Part shown: in pieces, positions 15,764 to 27,779 of the stretch
Numbering within the stretch: the stretch's first letter is position 1
How the letters are laid out: each line of letters begins with the position of its first letter
From: Antedon mediterranea
Lineage: Eukaryota; Animalia; Echinodermata
Assembly: GCF_964355755.1 (NCBI RefSeq)
Contig: NC_092670.1
Span: 25,096,795 to 25,160,794 of the forward strand
Length of the DNA: 64,000 nt
Direction: 5' to 3'
Program-made: the position numbers and the translations under genes
The notes under the pieces: generated by a model
The model's input: the letters and a program-made list of their open reading frames with translations, nothing else
Database searches by the model: none
What the model was told of the DNA's origin: nothing

Positions 15764-17786
15764 TTATTCGTGCGTATCAACGTATTCTTCCTCGGTATCT
15801 CCGTCGTCATCAGAATCTACAGCATGGGTAGTCAGTTGAGATTCTGTAATAGGTGGGGTTACGCCATTCGCAGACAGAAGATACGCCAATTGCAATGCCC
15901 TGCTTTTGAAATGGAATTCAGTGTCGTTTTTAGTGTCACTGCTTCTAGTATTATTTCTTATTTGTATATTTTCTGTACTATTACGTGTTTGGGAAACGTC
16001 TGCAATAGGTGGAACTTGGTTGATTTCTTCTGTACTATTTTGTGTATGTCGAGAAACGTCTGCAGTAAGCGGAACTTGATTCATTTCTTCATTACTGTTT
16101 TGTGTATGTCGGGAAACGTCTGCAGGAAGCGGAACTTGGTTGACTTCTTCTGTACTATTTTGTGTATGTCGGGAAACGTCTGCAGTAAGCGGAACTTGAG
16201 CCATTTCTTCTGTACTGTTGTTTTGTGTATGTCGAGAAACGTCTGCAATAAGTGGAACTTGAGCCATTTCTTCTGTACTGTTTTGTGTATGCCGGGAAAC
16301 GTCTGCAGTAAGCGGAACTTGAGACATTTCTTCTGTATTGTTTTTTGTATGTCGGGAAACGTCTTCAGTAAATGGAACTTGAGCCATTTCTTCTGTACTG
16401 TGTTGTGTTTGTCGGAAAAAGTCTGCAGTAAGTGGAACTTGAGCTATTTCTTCTGTACTGTTTTGTGTATGTCGGGAAACGTCTGCAGTAAGTGGAACTT
16501 GACACATTCCTTCTGTATGAGATTGTTTAGTGTTATTCTCGCATGTTTCTTCAGTTGACAACGCGTTACCAAGTTCCTCACCATGGCATGCAAACGCGTT
16601 ACCAGTGTCCCTATAACCTGACAACGTTTCAGATATTTTAAAATGATCATGTATGCTTTGTTGAGATATATTTTTTGAAATCTCTTCCAAGAGACTGTCC
16701 GTGCTCACTGGATAAGATAGTTGAAATGTAACATCATCGGCATCTTGATTTACACTTTCGGCATAAACATTTTCATACGTCATATACCTGCTGCTTGTGT
16801 GATGTATCTGATGATCTTCTTCGCCTGATGAATCGTTTACTATGACATCTTCGACACCTTCGTAATTTATTGGTGATATTTCCTGATGGTGTATCCTACC
16901 TGATGCTCCGGAATTGTTACCATTTTCTATCAGGTCGACTGATTCTTCTGGTTCAGAGTTCCCATCTGGTGTTGTGTCCAGATCACCATTATACACATTG
17001 GCATAAATCGGCACCATGTATCCTTCCATATCTTCTTCGGTTTCCGAATATGTTACAGTGGTGTACCGTGTACCAGATTGGGACACACGACAATCATCAA
17101 CACGTTTCCTACCCGTCAGTTGTTTCAACATGAGCTCTTTCTTTTCTCTCAGCTTTCGTCTAAAATTCTTTTGAGATGGTTGTCTTTCATCTTGGTGGGA
17201 CAATTCAAGCTCTTCATCCAATCGCATCTTCTCGTTTTTTATATCAACTTGTCCATCAAAGTACGTTCTGTCAATTTGTCGAAAATCAGCAAGAGTCATT
17301 CGAAGTGGACTGCCAAAACCAAGGTAATCCAGAATAGTGTGTATTACGTTTTTAACGTAGTAGGGTCTAATAATAAAAATAAAAAAAATACATCTTGCCT
17401 AAAATAATAAGGTAAATACACCATCGTAGTTTGAAAGAATTACGTCAGGCTCTTTGAAAATATGGTAAGCTTCAGTCTGTGTCAATATTCGTCGATGCGT
17501 GTAATTATGAGTTATTAGTTGGGGTGGAGTTTAAGAGTAAACTACTACTGAGTAAGACTACTCTAAGCAACAAACGGCAATGAAGCGTGTGGAAGTGTGG
17601 AGGAAGTTATTTAGTTGCATGTATACGTATACGTCTAATAAATACCTTCGACAAAGATACATAATGCAGGATATACTACTCGTCATCACTATGGCGATGA
17701 CGACAGCGGCGAAAAATACTTCGACGGATATCTTCCATTCCGTCAATGTACGTGCTAGTACGTCTACAAAAAAATATTTCTAGTGA

Positions 17787-17826
<40 letters not shown>

Positions 17827-20800
17827 GTTAGTGTTATTATTATTATTATAACTGACTATGCCCTAAAAAATATACCAAAACACCATTTAGGTTAAATTGC
17901 TAACGATCTTAACAAGATTATGGAATCTCCATAACATTATCCAGTAAAATATATGATACACATTTGCATGTAGTAGCTATTCTTTGACAAATTCAAATTT
18001 CGTACACTTGCAAACTTTCCCATTTTATTGTTTGCTTGAGTTTAGTTTTTAGTTTTAGTTTCGACTTCTGCAAACTTGTTTTTCGATAGTTTGCCGAAGT
18101 CAACTGTTCTACACTACCAAACTTTGGGAAATTATTTCTTGACAAACTAGGAGTTTGCTCTAGTTTCCAAATTAAAATAGAAACAAACAGTACCTTTTAA
18201 ATTTGCTATACAAACTTTGACCAAACGTGTGTCAACTAAAGTTGTATTGTAGGCCCTACTCACCATAGGGTTCAGCTATCGATACGGCAAACGCTTGATG
18301 GATCTCAGCCCTATTGGAAAACCGAAACTGACAGGCATACAAACCCTGCGCCTCTTCGTCGATGTGATGAAGATGAAGAATGGTTGTGTTTGGTAATATT
18401 GGGTTCTACATCAACACAATGCCAAACAAAGCAAAAGATTATTATTTACAGATACGATGTAATAAAACTGGTTAATACTTTAGCACGAAGAAAAAACAAG
18501 TACGATAATCTTTCTTACATCATTTTCAAGTCGAATGTGTTCAGCCGCTGGATCGACGAACTGGTTTTCCTTCAGCCAAACTATTTCAACACCGTGTTCG
18601 TGTTCTGTATTTCTACACCTTAGTTGAACACTTGCCCCATGGATTACATAATGTTCTTGAAAGTTTGCTGCAAAAAATTACAATGTATTCCCAATTTAAC
18701 ACCAATGTTTCAATACAGTTTTCAGAAAGTGTTTTTTTTTAGTCTCGCTGATGACGGCAACGCATCATGCCATGCGGGGAGACATTTGGAATGTGTTTCT
18801 TCACTCGATTCTTCGTTGTATATTCTAGGTCTCTCGCAAATCGATTGAAAACAAGAAATACTCACCAGCTAGTGTGGCCGATGACGAATCAACACTTTTA
18901 TCGTAAGACTGCTTTAGCATATCTGTCATCAAGTACACTACATCGTTCAGTTTAATTTGATAAATGTGGCCAGTAAATCCTACAATATCGCCTTGTTTTG
19001 GATCCGAACTTTCCCATGGTGGTAAGCCCCCGATGTAGATTTTGTTTGACGGAGTAAACCGCAGGTCTTGCCCGGATAGTTGAGACGCAGGCTCTTTGTT
19101 GACTCGTAGAGAAACCTGGTTTGGCTCAATTTGTATATCAACGATCATCCATGTTTTAGTCTAAAGAAAGTAAGTGTTAGGATGGCAAGTTGAATATAGA
19201 TTGTAACATGAAGTGAACAAATGTGAAAAGAGGAATAAAATTTTATACACTTATGAATCAAAGAATAATAAAGAATTATGTTGTTATTCCAAATTTAAAA
19301 GCATTGTTACAAATATAATACCAGCGGTCCCTACCTCTTCAAGATCTCTCTCAATTTCCAAATTTCTTTCACCCAGGTTCAAAGAAAGAACGATTTTATT
19401 TTTGTTCAATTTCACTGACATAAAAGAGCCGGAAACGGACCCGTTACAATGTATTAGAAGACCATCTGAACCTGGAGCGCTGACGATCGCTTGTATGTTC
19501 CGTAAATGTCCGTCATCATTTTGTGTAATTGTTGAAAATTGTTCTCCATTGAATTCAATAGGTGTTGCCATAATGTCTGTGACAAACAATACGTCATCAA
19601 ATAAGTTAGTTATTGAAGTTAACTATGATTGGTTTGGGAACGATAACTTGGAAGTAATGTGTTCTTACCTATTAGATCTCTGTCACTGTTCAAGCTCGTG
19701 TACGGTATGTCTGATGTTCCATGCCAATATATCTTATCCTCAAACAAAGTCATCAACTTATAGTTCATTGTAAATTTGGCGATCTTTCCTACGAACCCCG
19801 ACCACACTAAACACAATACAAGAAATAAGTGTCATTACTATAACTAACTGCGTAATATTTTTCTCTAATCTATGCTGCTAATACAAATCGAATACAATGT
19901 TTCGTTAACACTGTGTGTGTTGAATCAATGTACTTTGCATTTGTTTAAATCTATCTTACAGCTTCTGTTTCAAATTGTGATTGGATGCATCAGTCATCAA
20001 CTTGTCTAACTTGGTACTTAATAATAATAATAATAATAATAATAATAGGCCCAATAATAATATCCTGGATTTATATAGCGCCTAATGTTGTGAAACCTCT
20101 ACGCGCTGAACATTATTACCCCAGTCATTTTTTGGGATCAAACACGTATGGAAACATACTCCCATAATGCAGCTAGTAATCAGCGCAAAGTTGTGTCTTG
20201 ATCTAACCGGGTACCCATTTATACACCTAGGTGGAGAGAGGTAAACGTAAGTAAAGTATCTTGCCTAAGGATACAAGCAATGCAGCGAGAGTTGGATTCG
20301 AACCTCGATCTCACGAAACGCTTCAGTTTAAATCTTTGCTGGCTCGTCGTACAAGTTTAAAGTTTACCTGTTGCTTTGCTATCTACATGTGGGTACAGAT
20401 GAGGCATACAGCCACCAAGGTATACAGGAAGATCGTAGTCAACAAACTCTGTTATCTTTTCAGTAAAATTGTTTGTCTTTGTATATTTGTCATTTAGTCG
20501 CACATGTCCCAGGTTCCCGGTAATAGAAACTTGTATTGTGTTCCATTTAAAAAGCTGTATGGTATACGAAATCGATTAAAATATATTTGGAACTTATGTA
20601 ATTATACAAGTATAGCTTGATGCTGTGATACGATATAAATTAATTATATACTGATAACTTAGTTTAGTGTAAAGGCTGCTTTCTACTACTAGTTTTTAAT
20701 TATTAAAAAATGGAACACCACGCAGCACTCAATTTTATTTACAGAACTAACCTCCACTGGATGACCAACCACTTTGAGTTCTGCTGATCCAACTTTAGCG

Positions 20801-23800
20801 TAGAGATAGACACACCCACCCACCAAGCTGACGTAAACCAACTGACGGTTATAGTAATCATGACGTTTCATTACAATCAAACCGTCTGCAGATTCTGGCA
20901 GAAGTCGCAGATACATAAGAACTTGTTTTGTTGGATACCCGTACTTTGTGTACATTATGAACGATTTGCCATTAAACAGTCTCATTTCCTCTTGGTGCTC
21001 TAAGAAATTCAGACAAAATTGATGCTGAGGTATTAGGCCTACTGACCGTAGTAATAGTTTAGTTTTGTACTAACCAATATCTGTTTGTTCATAATTGTGA
21101 TAATTGGTTGCGTTGCGCATCACAAATTCATTCATTTCATTTATTCTTTATGTTGTATTCAAAATGTACATATACAGCATTACAGATACCAAGCTCTTAA
21201 ATTAATATACCTAATTAAATAATAAAACAATAAAATAAAAATACAAAAGCCCATGGACCACAAACTGGTAATACGTGTACATTGAATCTCTCTGAGTAAA
21301 AATCGCCAGTATGCATCTATTGCTGAGCCGTAAAAGGCATTTCTCATAATGCACATAACCAGGATTATTAGAGTGGTTGACTCTAAGTACTAAAAAAACA
21401 TAGATGGAAGTACATACTGTAAGTACGCATGCGCGGTTCACGTGAATGAATTGAACCAGTATCTAATGCTTTAGTCTACAACTAAAGTTGTTCACGGTAA
21501 GTTCTGAATACTGTGATTATGATTGAGTTCTTAGCAAATGTTTGACAATTACCTTGTGTGCATGGCTGTTTGTAGCAGTGTCTGGATTCTGTTCCATAAC
21601 CATCGCATAGGTTTCCATTACCAGTAGGTGCTGGATTCGTACAAGTACGATCTCTTGATGTAATACCTTCACCACACGAGGATTTACATGGTCGCCATGC
21701 ATTCCAATTTGCCCAATTTCCATCAACTGATTGAATATGTCAAAATCATTGAGAGTTATATAAGAACACCCGTTATATTGATGATGGTGTAACAATCATC
21801 AAAGGAACTGGGATTAAATGTGGCTTGCCGAACACAAAAGCAAAGCTCCTTTACTTACCTGGACAAGGGTCAAGACTGCAGACACTAAGTTGTTTATACT
21901 CTCCACCACATCTCGCCACACTCACTACATCATCTTGAGCCAAGCACACTCGTCTACGATTGGTAGTTCCACCACCACATGATTTCGTACACTGTGTCCA
22001 ATTTCCCCATTCAGCCCAAGATATTTCTTTAAAAAATGATTGTAACAATAGTAAACAAAGAGGTTGTAGAAATAATTCGCTAATTAATTGGGTGAGTTAT
22101 GTTTTAATTTCTTAATTTAAAATCTATAAATAAATCTGAACGTCTTGAAATTTACTGTGAACTAACGTAGGCCTATTTGAAGTCGGATATGAATACTGGG
22201 GCTTGTTCGAAATAGCAGGTTATATTGAATTGGTAAGATCTGATATTTACCTGGACAAGGAGAATCTTGGCATTCAATACGTTGTGTACTATTGCCGCTA
22301 CAAATCGCTCCTCCAAAGGCAGGTCTCGGATTGGTGCACATTCTGTATCTTTCGGCAAAACCAGATTTACACGTTTTCGAACAAACTGTCCACTTCGTCC
22401 ACTCAGACCAACCCCCGTTAACTGTCAACAAAATAGATCAAATGAATACTACGGTTTTTAACACTGTTATACTACACATTAGAAAACGACAAAATTAATA
22501 TCGCCACCTTAATAAACAAAATTCTATTTATCAATACATTCTAGTCAATCAACAACAACAAACAAACAACTACAAAGTAAGTGGCAGGAAACACAAAGGG
22601 GAACTAAATCCCTATGACAAGAGCCTGTGAATCCTCTTACCAAGTAGCACATAAAGATAAAATATAGCATTTCAATAACAATATCCACACAAGAAATGGC
22701 AAAAAACCATTCATAAAAATACAAAAACAAGCAGAAAAGTAAAAACACTTTACTCAGAGTAGAAATTCATTTTAAGTTTGAACAATAATGTAGGAAAATT
22801 ATCCATTAAAAATGAGTTCTTGACTTCGTCTTGGATTTCTTCCAACAATCACGGGAAAATATGAATTACTGATTGATGCAGGCCGTTAATTCCGTGCATA
22901 AAAGTGTCTGAAACTTAATACCTAGACGACGTGTATTGACGCAAATATTTTACGGATACTTTCACAGTCTATGTACCCCATTAGAGTTTTTCGACATTTA
23001 CCCAAATAGTTGGCCTACACTAAAGCTCGGTTCTCTCTAGAGATGCAACGCAAGGACTTGACGCAAGCACGAGAGTAGACCAATTACAGTTCGAAAATCG
23101 CTTGTGATTGGTCAAATCACCTACGTTGCGTTACGTACTTGTGTTGCGTCTCTAGTGTGGGAACTAAGTTTAAGCTTACATACCGACGCATGGAATGTGG
23201 CTATTGCACACTGCAACATCGTAAAGCGGACCACTACACGTGGTATTTGTTCCATCGTCAACGCAAGTCCGATGGCGTAACATGGTTCCACCGGCACAAG
23301 TTGTTCTGCAAGAGGTCCATCGGCTCCACTTGCTATATTCTAACAATTACACAATGTATACACAAATGTGTGTTTAGAAATTTGTCTTTTATTCTGTAAT
23401 AAACTGACAACCTAAAATATTTCAAGCAATATAAAAAAACGCTTACCTTGCTGTTTGACTGCATGGGTTTCATTTATAGGACACGATGCTTCCATATGAT
23501 TACACCTCTCTTTTCCAAACGGTTCCCCTTCACATAAACTGTTTGAACCAACCGGTGTCGGATTTGTACAAGTCCGCACGCGAACTCGTTCACCCCATCC
23601 ACATATTGATGTACACATACTCCATCGAGACCATTCGCTCCACCCTCCTTGTCCTAGCAATTTAAAAAAATAGAGTTTGGGTCAACACATTCTTGCTTCA
23701 TAATTCATATGTAACTGTGATAACTGTGAACTGCATTTTACTTACACAGTTTATCAATGACAAGTGTTATAACATAACATTTAGATAATCACATTATCAT

Positions 23801-26800
23801 CTGATTATAGTAAATGACGAAGACGATAATGAAAAGAAAGATAGTGCCTTACGTTGACAACTTGCTATCTGACATGGTACTTCTTTGATGATATTATCTT
23901 TTGTCGTGCCATCGCCTAATACGCACGCCCCGTCACCAATGCAACGTCGTATCGATTGTCGGACACCTTCACCACAAGTCATAGAGCAATGGGACCAATG
24001 AGACCAAGGTGAAAAGTGTACTCCCACTGTGAAGTCAACAAAACGGTAAAAGAACGTTTTCATAAGTTATAAAACCTAGTCCACACTACGTTTGTAATCT
24101 ACTCGACTACACTGGCACTGGCACAATTTGCCGAAATTTATCAACAGGTCGACTACACTAGCAAACTTTGCCGAAGTTTGTCAACAGGTCGACTACACTA
24201 GCAAACCTTGCCGAAGTTTGTCAACAGGTCGACTACACTAGCAAACCTTGCCAAAGTTTGTCAACAGGTCGACTACACTAGCAAACCTTGCCGAAGTTTG
24301 TCAACAGGTCGACTACACTAGCAAACCTTGCCAAAGTTTGTCAACTGGTCGACTACACTAGTCAACCTTGCCGAAGTTTGTCAACAGGTCGACTACACTA
24401 GCAAACCTTGCCGAAGTTTATCAACTGGTCGACTACACTATCAGACTTTGCCAAAGTTTATCAACTGGTCGACTACACTAGCAGACTTTGCCCAAGTGTG
24501 TAAACTGGTCGACTACACTAGCAGACTTTGCCGAAGTTTATCAACTGGTCGACTACACTAGCAAACTTTGCCAAAGTGTGTAAACTGGTCGACTACACTA
24601 GCAAACTTTGCTGAAGTTTATCAACTGGTCGACTACACTAGCAGACTTTTCCGAAATGTCAACTGGTCGATTACAATAGCAAACCTTGCCGAAGTTTGTC
24701 AACTGGTCGACTACACTAGCAAACTTTGCCGAAGTTTATCAACTGGTCGACTACACTAGCAAACTTTGCCGAAGTTTATCAACTGGTCGACTACACTAGC
24801 AAACTTTGTCAAGGTGTGTAAACTGGTCGACTACACTAGAAAACTTTGCCGAAGTTTATCAACTGGTCGACTACACTAGCAAACCTTGCCGAAGTTTGTC
24901 AACTGGTCGACTACACTAGCAAACCTTGCCGAACTTTATCAACTGGTCGACTACACAAGCAAACCTTGCCGAATTTTATCAACTGGTCGACTACATTAGC
25001 AAACTTTGCCAAAGTGTGTAAACTGGTCGACTACACTAGCAAACTTTGCCAAAGTGTGTAAACTGGTCGACTACACTAGCAAACTTTGCCGAAGTTTATC
25101 AACTGGTCGTATACAGTAGCAGACTTTGCCGAAGTTTGTCAACTGGTCGATTACAATAGCAAACTTTGCCGAAGTTTGTCAACTGGTCGGCTATACTAGC
25201 AAACTATTTAATGTTTTTCCATTGTTCATGGTAGAGGAGAAACTCCACGGTTCTCTCTAGCTAATTCGGTCTGACTTTATCTGCAAATCAGCATTTAAAC
25301 TGAATCCACACACATTATGTCTCTAATCGTTTTAGTTCGTGATTGATAGTGTCGAAATAAAGTTCAATGGTAACATTACCTGTCTCCGTACAGTTGTTTT
25401 CAAAACAACGCGATTTTTCAAGTGAGCTTCCTGGACACATTTCTCCAGCATTGAGTGGACGCGGTGAATCACATGAGCGTATATGATACCGATGACCATT
25501 ACCACAGTTGGATGAACATCTACTCCATTCACTCCATTCTGACCATTTTCCGTCAACCGGACATCCTTCTGAGTGTTTGTAGCAGTTAATGTATGACCAA
25601 TATTTGTCCTGAAAAGAAAAACGTGACAAAAGAATTGCTTGGAATTTAACCTATTAGACCATTAGATTATTCTGACCATTTCTAGAAATGGTCAGAAATA
25701 TTCTAATATAAAGTCATACATAACTGATAGAACATACTCCAATGTTTTGATTTCAATACCGTTTTTTTTTACTATGATGAATGGGATACTTCACAAACAA
25801 TGGCATATTTCAATATCAAATTTGGTAATATTTCAGAAATATGTCCTAATACGTTACGTACCGCTTCTTCCTTTTCTATTATAATGTCTTCAACTTCTTG
25901 ATAACTGCAATGAGATAACAAACACTTGTTCTTTAGTTGTGGGTTACTTCTGTGTAGCATCTTTAGATAATTTACACTGACTTTCGAGAGAATTGCTGAA
26001 TCTATAAAATACAATTTCATTAATAAAGATAAGAAACTAGATCTATATTGTCAACGGGTATTCTCGATGAGTGCTCGAGCGGAATACTGTATTAAGACAT
26101 TTTTATTTGAGAATGCAGTAATAAAAAAATATTAGTGAGCTGGTTTGTAAAACTATAATTGTTCTTCTACAAACTGGAAAGAAGAAAGAATTGTCAACAG
26201 ATGATAATAGTTATTTTGCAAAGAAAGTTAAATGATACAGTACCATTTTGATGACAAGCGATTTTGATATTGCATTTAGTGATTTGTGTTGTTTGACCAC
26301 TACACTGTCTGCCTCCATTACTTGGTCGTGGAGAGTCACAAGTCCGAAATCGTGATTTCATACCATCCGGACCACATGTAATGTCACAATGTGCCCATTT
26401 ACTCCAAATACTCCATCCACCGTCAACTAAAAATATGAATACCAATACTTGTTTATTTAACGTAACTGATTAAATGAGCCAATTGAATCGAAATGACCGC
26501 GCAATACAAGTCAAGGCGTAGACGTATACATACGTACGTATGCCTATCATTTGAAACCCGAACGCTTTTTAAAATGGAACTTAGGCCTATAACATTTGCG
26601 GTATAGACTTACTACTATTGACACTGCTGCACTAACATGACACTAGTCCGATATAATTCTCTATTTAGTAGGCCTACACCGAAATGTTTATTTTCTGTAA
26701 TACTAAATAGGCCCTGCCACTACGTAGTATTATCAATGATACCCCTTTCACACCAAAACACCTGGGCGTCAACTCCGGAGAACACCGGGGCGTCAACTCC

Positions 26801-27735
26801 GGAGAAGTGTCTCCGGAGTTTTGCTTTTGGTGTGAAAAAGGGGTATGAGAAGCGTACCTGGACAGTCATCTTTACGTCCTGTCTTTGTACATCGGTACCA
26901 GTTCCAAAAGTTACTAAATTGAAACTGATCTGACTCTTCTAATCCCCACACATAGTGTCTAGCCTCTTGCTGGGAGCACATGTAATGTTTGAGATGTAGG
27001 CAGTGTGTGATGAAGCGCGTTCTGTCAGGTGGGTTCAGCAACTGCAACGCATTACTCAATTCTGCGGGAATGCGAAAAGTAGCAGCGCCCGATTGCGGTT
27101 CTACACACAAAAGGAAACAAAACAACACTATAGCCTAAATATAAGTTTATTTGGATCAAATGGATAGATAGACTAGGGCGTACTTCAATTTTTATATAGG
27201 GCCTAGCCTAGCGTAGGTCTAATAACAAACATTTAATACTGCGGTATGCCAAATTAAATAAGCTAGGCCTACGAGGAACCTGCAAAGAAAGGTAACATTT
27301 GTTTCACAGTTTTTTAAAAACAGTAGGAAATAAATTATTATCATCCTTTTAATCAAGTTTCAAGTTTCGGTTTTAATAAACCTCTTATTAGCAGAGCATA
27401 ATTATTTGTATGATTCGTGTCATAAACATTTGGAACATCGATTCACACATATAACAATTGTGAGAGGGGGCATGCCTTAACGACGTACGATGGTTATAGC
27501 AATTAATAGTTAATACTGTAGCCTACCTAGCCTATAGGCGCGGCATGGTCTGCCTACCTCTTAGTTAGTCTTAGGCAGGCCTAGGCCTAGCCTAGGCTAC
27601 CTAATTCTCTAGTTATTTGCTTAAGTAAACGTAAGTATCATTAAGGCCTTACTAAAAATGACTTTACTTACCACACCAAACTGTATAATTTATGGCCAAT
27701 ATTAATATAAAGAGTTGAAAGAAAATTCGTGGCAT
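15764..27735 (-). CDS. Uncharacterised ~1676-aa type I membrane protein: SP, Gla-like, TSP1, Gla-like, 7xTSP1, 2xLamG, Ig, TM, ~530-aa cytoplasmic tail
   Basis: Twenty phase-compatible GT-AG exons: 27735-27672, 27100-26858, 26426-26244, 26001-25862, 25608-25380, 24026-23853, 23653-23447, 23339-23184, 22421-22251, 22026-21859, 21726-21553, 20999-20752, 20554-20368, 19806-19669, 19576-19335, 19160-18866, 18667-18519, 18405-18264, 17763-17646, 17366-15764 (sum 5031 nt, divisible by 3). Motifs: WSxWSxCSxTCG (TSP1); FNG..F / DGLI / YLGG, YIGG / GFxG (LamG); GASVQLRC..IVWLKE..LHLHHIDEEAQGLYAC (Ig); VEVFFAAVVIAIVMTSSISCIMYL (TM). Confidence 0.85.
15970..16515 (-). repeat. Coding 60-bp tandem repeat, ~9 copies of QVPLTADVSRHTQNSTEEMA, in the cytoplasmic tail
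   Basis: Visible in DNA and in ORF 15764-17299; indels are in frame. Confidence 0.9.
20020..20330 (-). mobile_element. tRNA-derived SINE with CORE-like domain and L2-type tail
   Basis: Minus strand: B box GGTTCGAATCC, then TCCTTAGGCAAGATACTTTAC...CCTCTCTCCACCTAGGTGTATAAATGGGTACC (CORE-like), ending GCGCTATATAAAT...(ATT)n. Confidence 0.75.
23025..23170. mobile_element. MITE adjacent to a splice donor
   Basis: AGCTCGGTTCTCTCTAGAGATGCAAC ... GTTGCGTCTCTAGTGTGGGAACTAAGTT imperfect inverted termini, flanked by TAA. Confidence 0.6.
24102..25205. repeat. 40-bp intronic minisatellite, ~27 copies (GTCGACTACACTAGCAAACTTTGCCGAAGTTTRTCAACWG)
   Basis: GTCGAC recurs every 40 nt from 24148; internal dyad AAACTT-TGCCG-AAGTTT. 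Confidence 0.97.
26739..26846. mobile_element. Short hairpin MITE
   Basis: ATACCCCTTTCACACCAAAA ... TTTTGGTGTGAAAAAGGGGTAT with an internal GGGCGTCAACTCCGGAGAA duplication. Confidence 0.65.
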
Positions 27736-27779
27736 TGTAAAATTATGATTTATTTCTCTTTCAACAAACACATGCTGTT

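Noticed and set aside
15770-16558. 262-aa Cys-rich ORF on the + strand
   Set aside because: Antisense shadow of the 60-bp coding repeat in the minus-strand gene.
24102-25205. CRISPR-like appearance of the 40-bp array with an internal dyad, and the short ORFs across it
   Set aside because: Units are contiguous with no unique spacers, the context is a eukaryotic intron, and no cas genes are present; the ORFs are repeat translations.
21553-26426. Naming the TSP1-repeat gene hemicentin, SCO-spondin, semaphorin-5 or ADGRB
   Set aside because: It lacks the vWA/Ig array, vWD/LDLa, Sema or GAIN/7TM domains that define those families.
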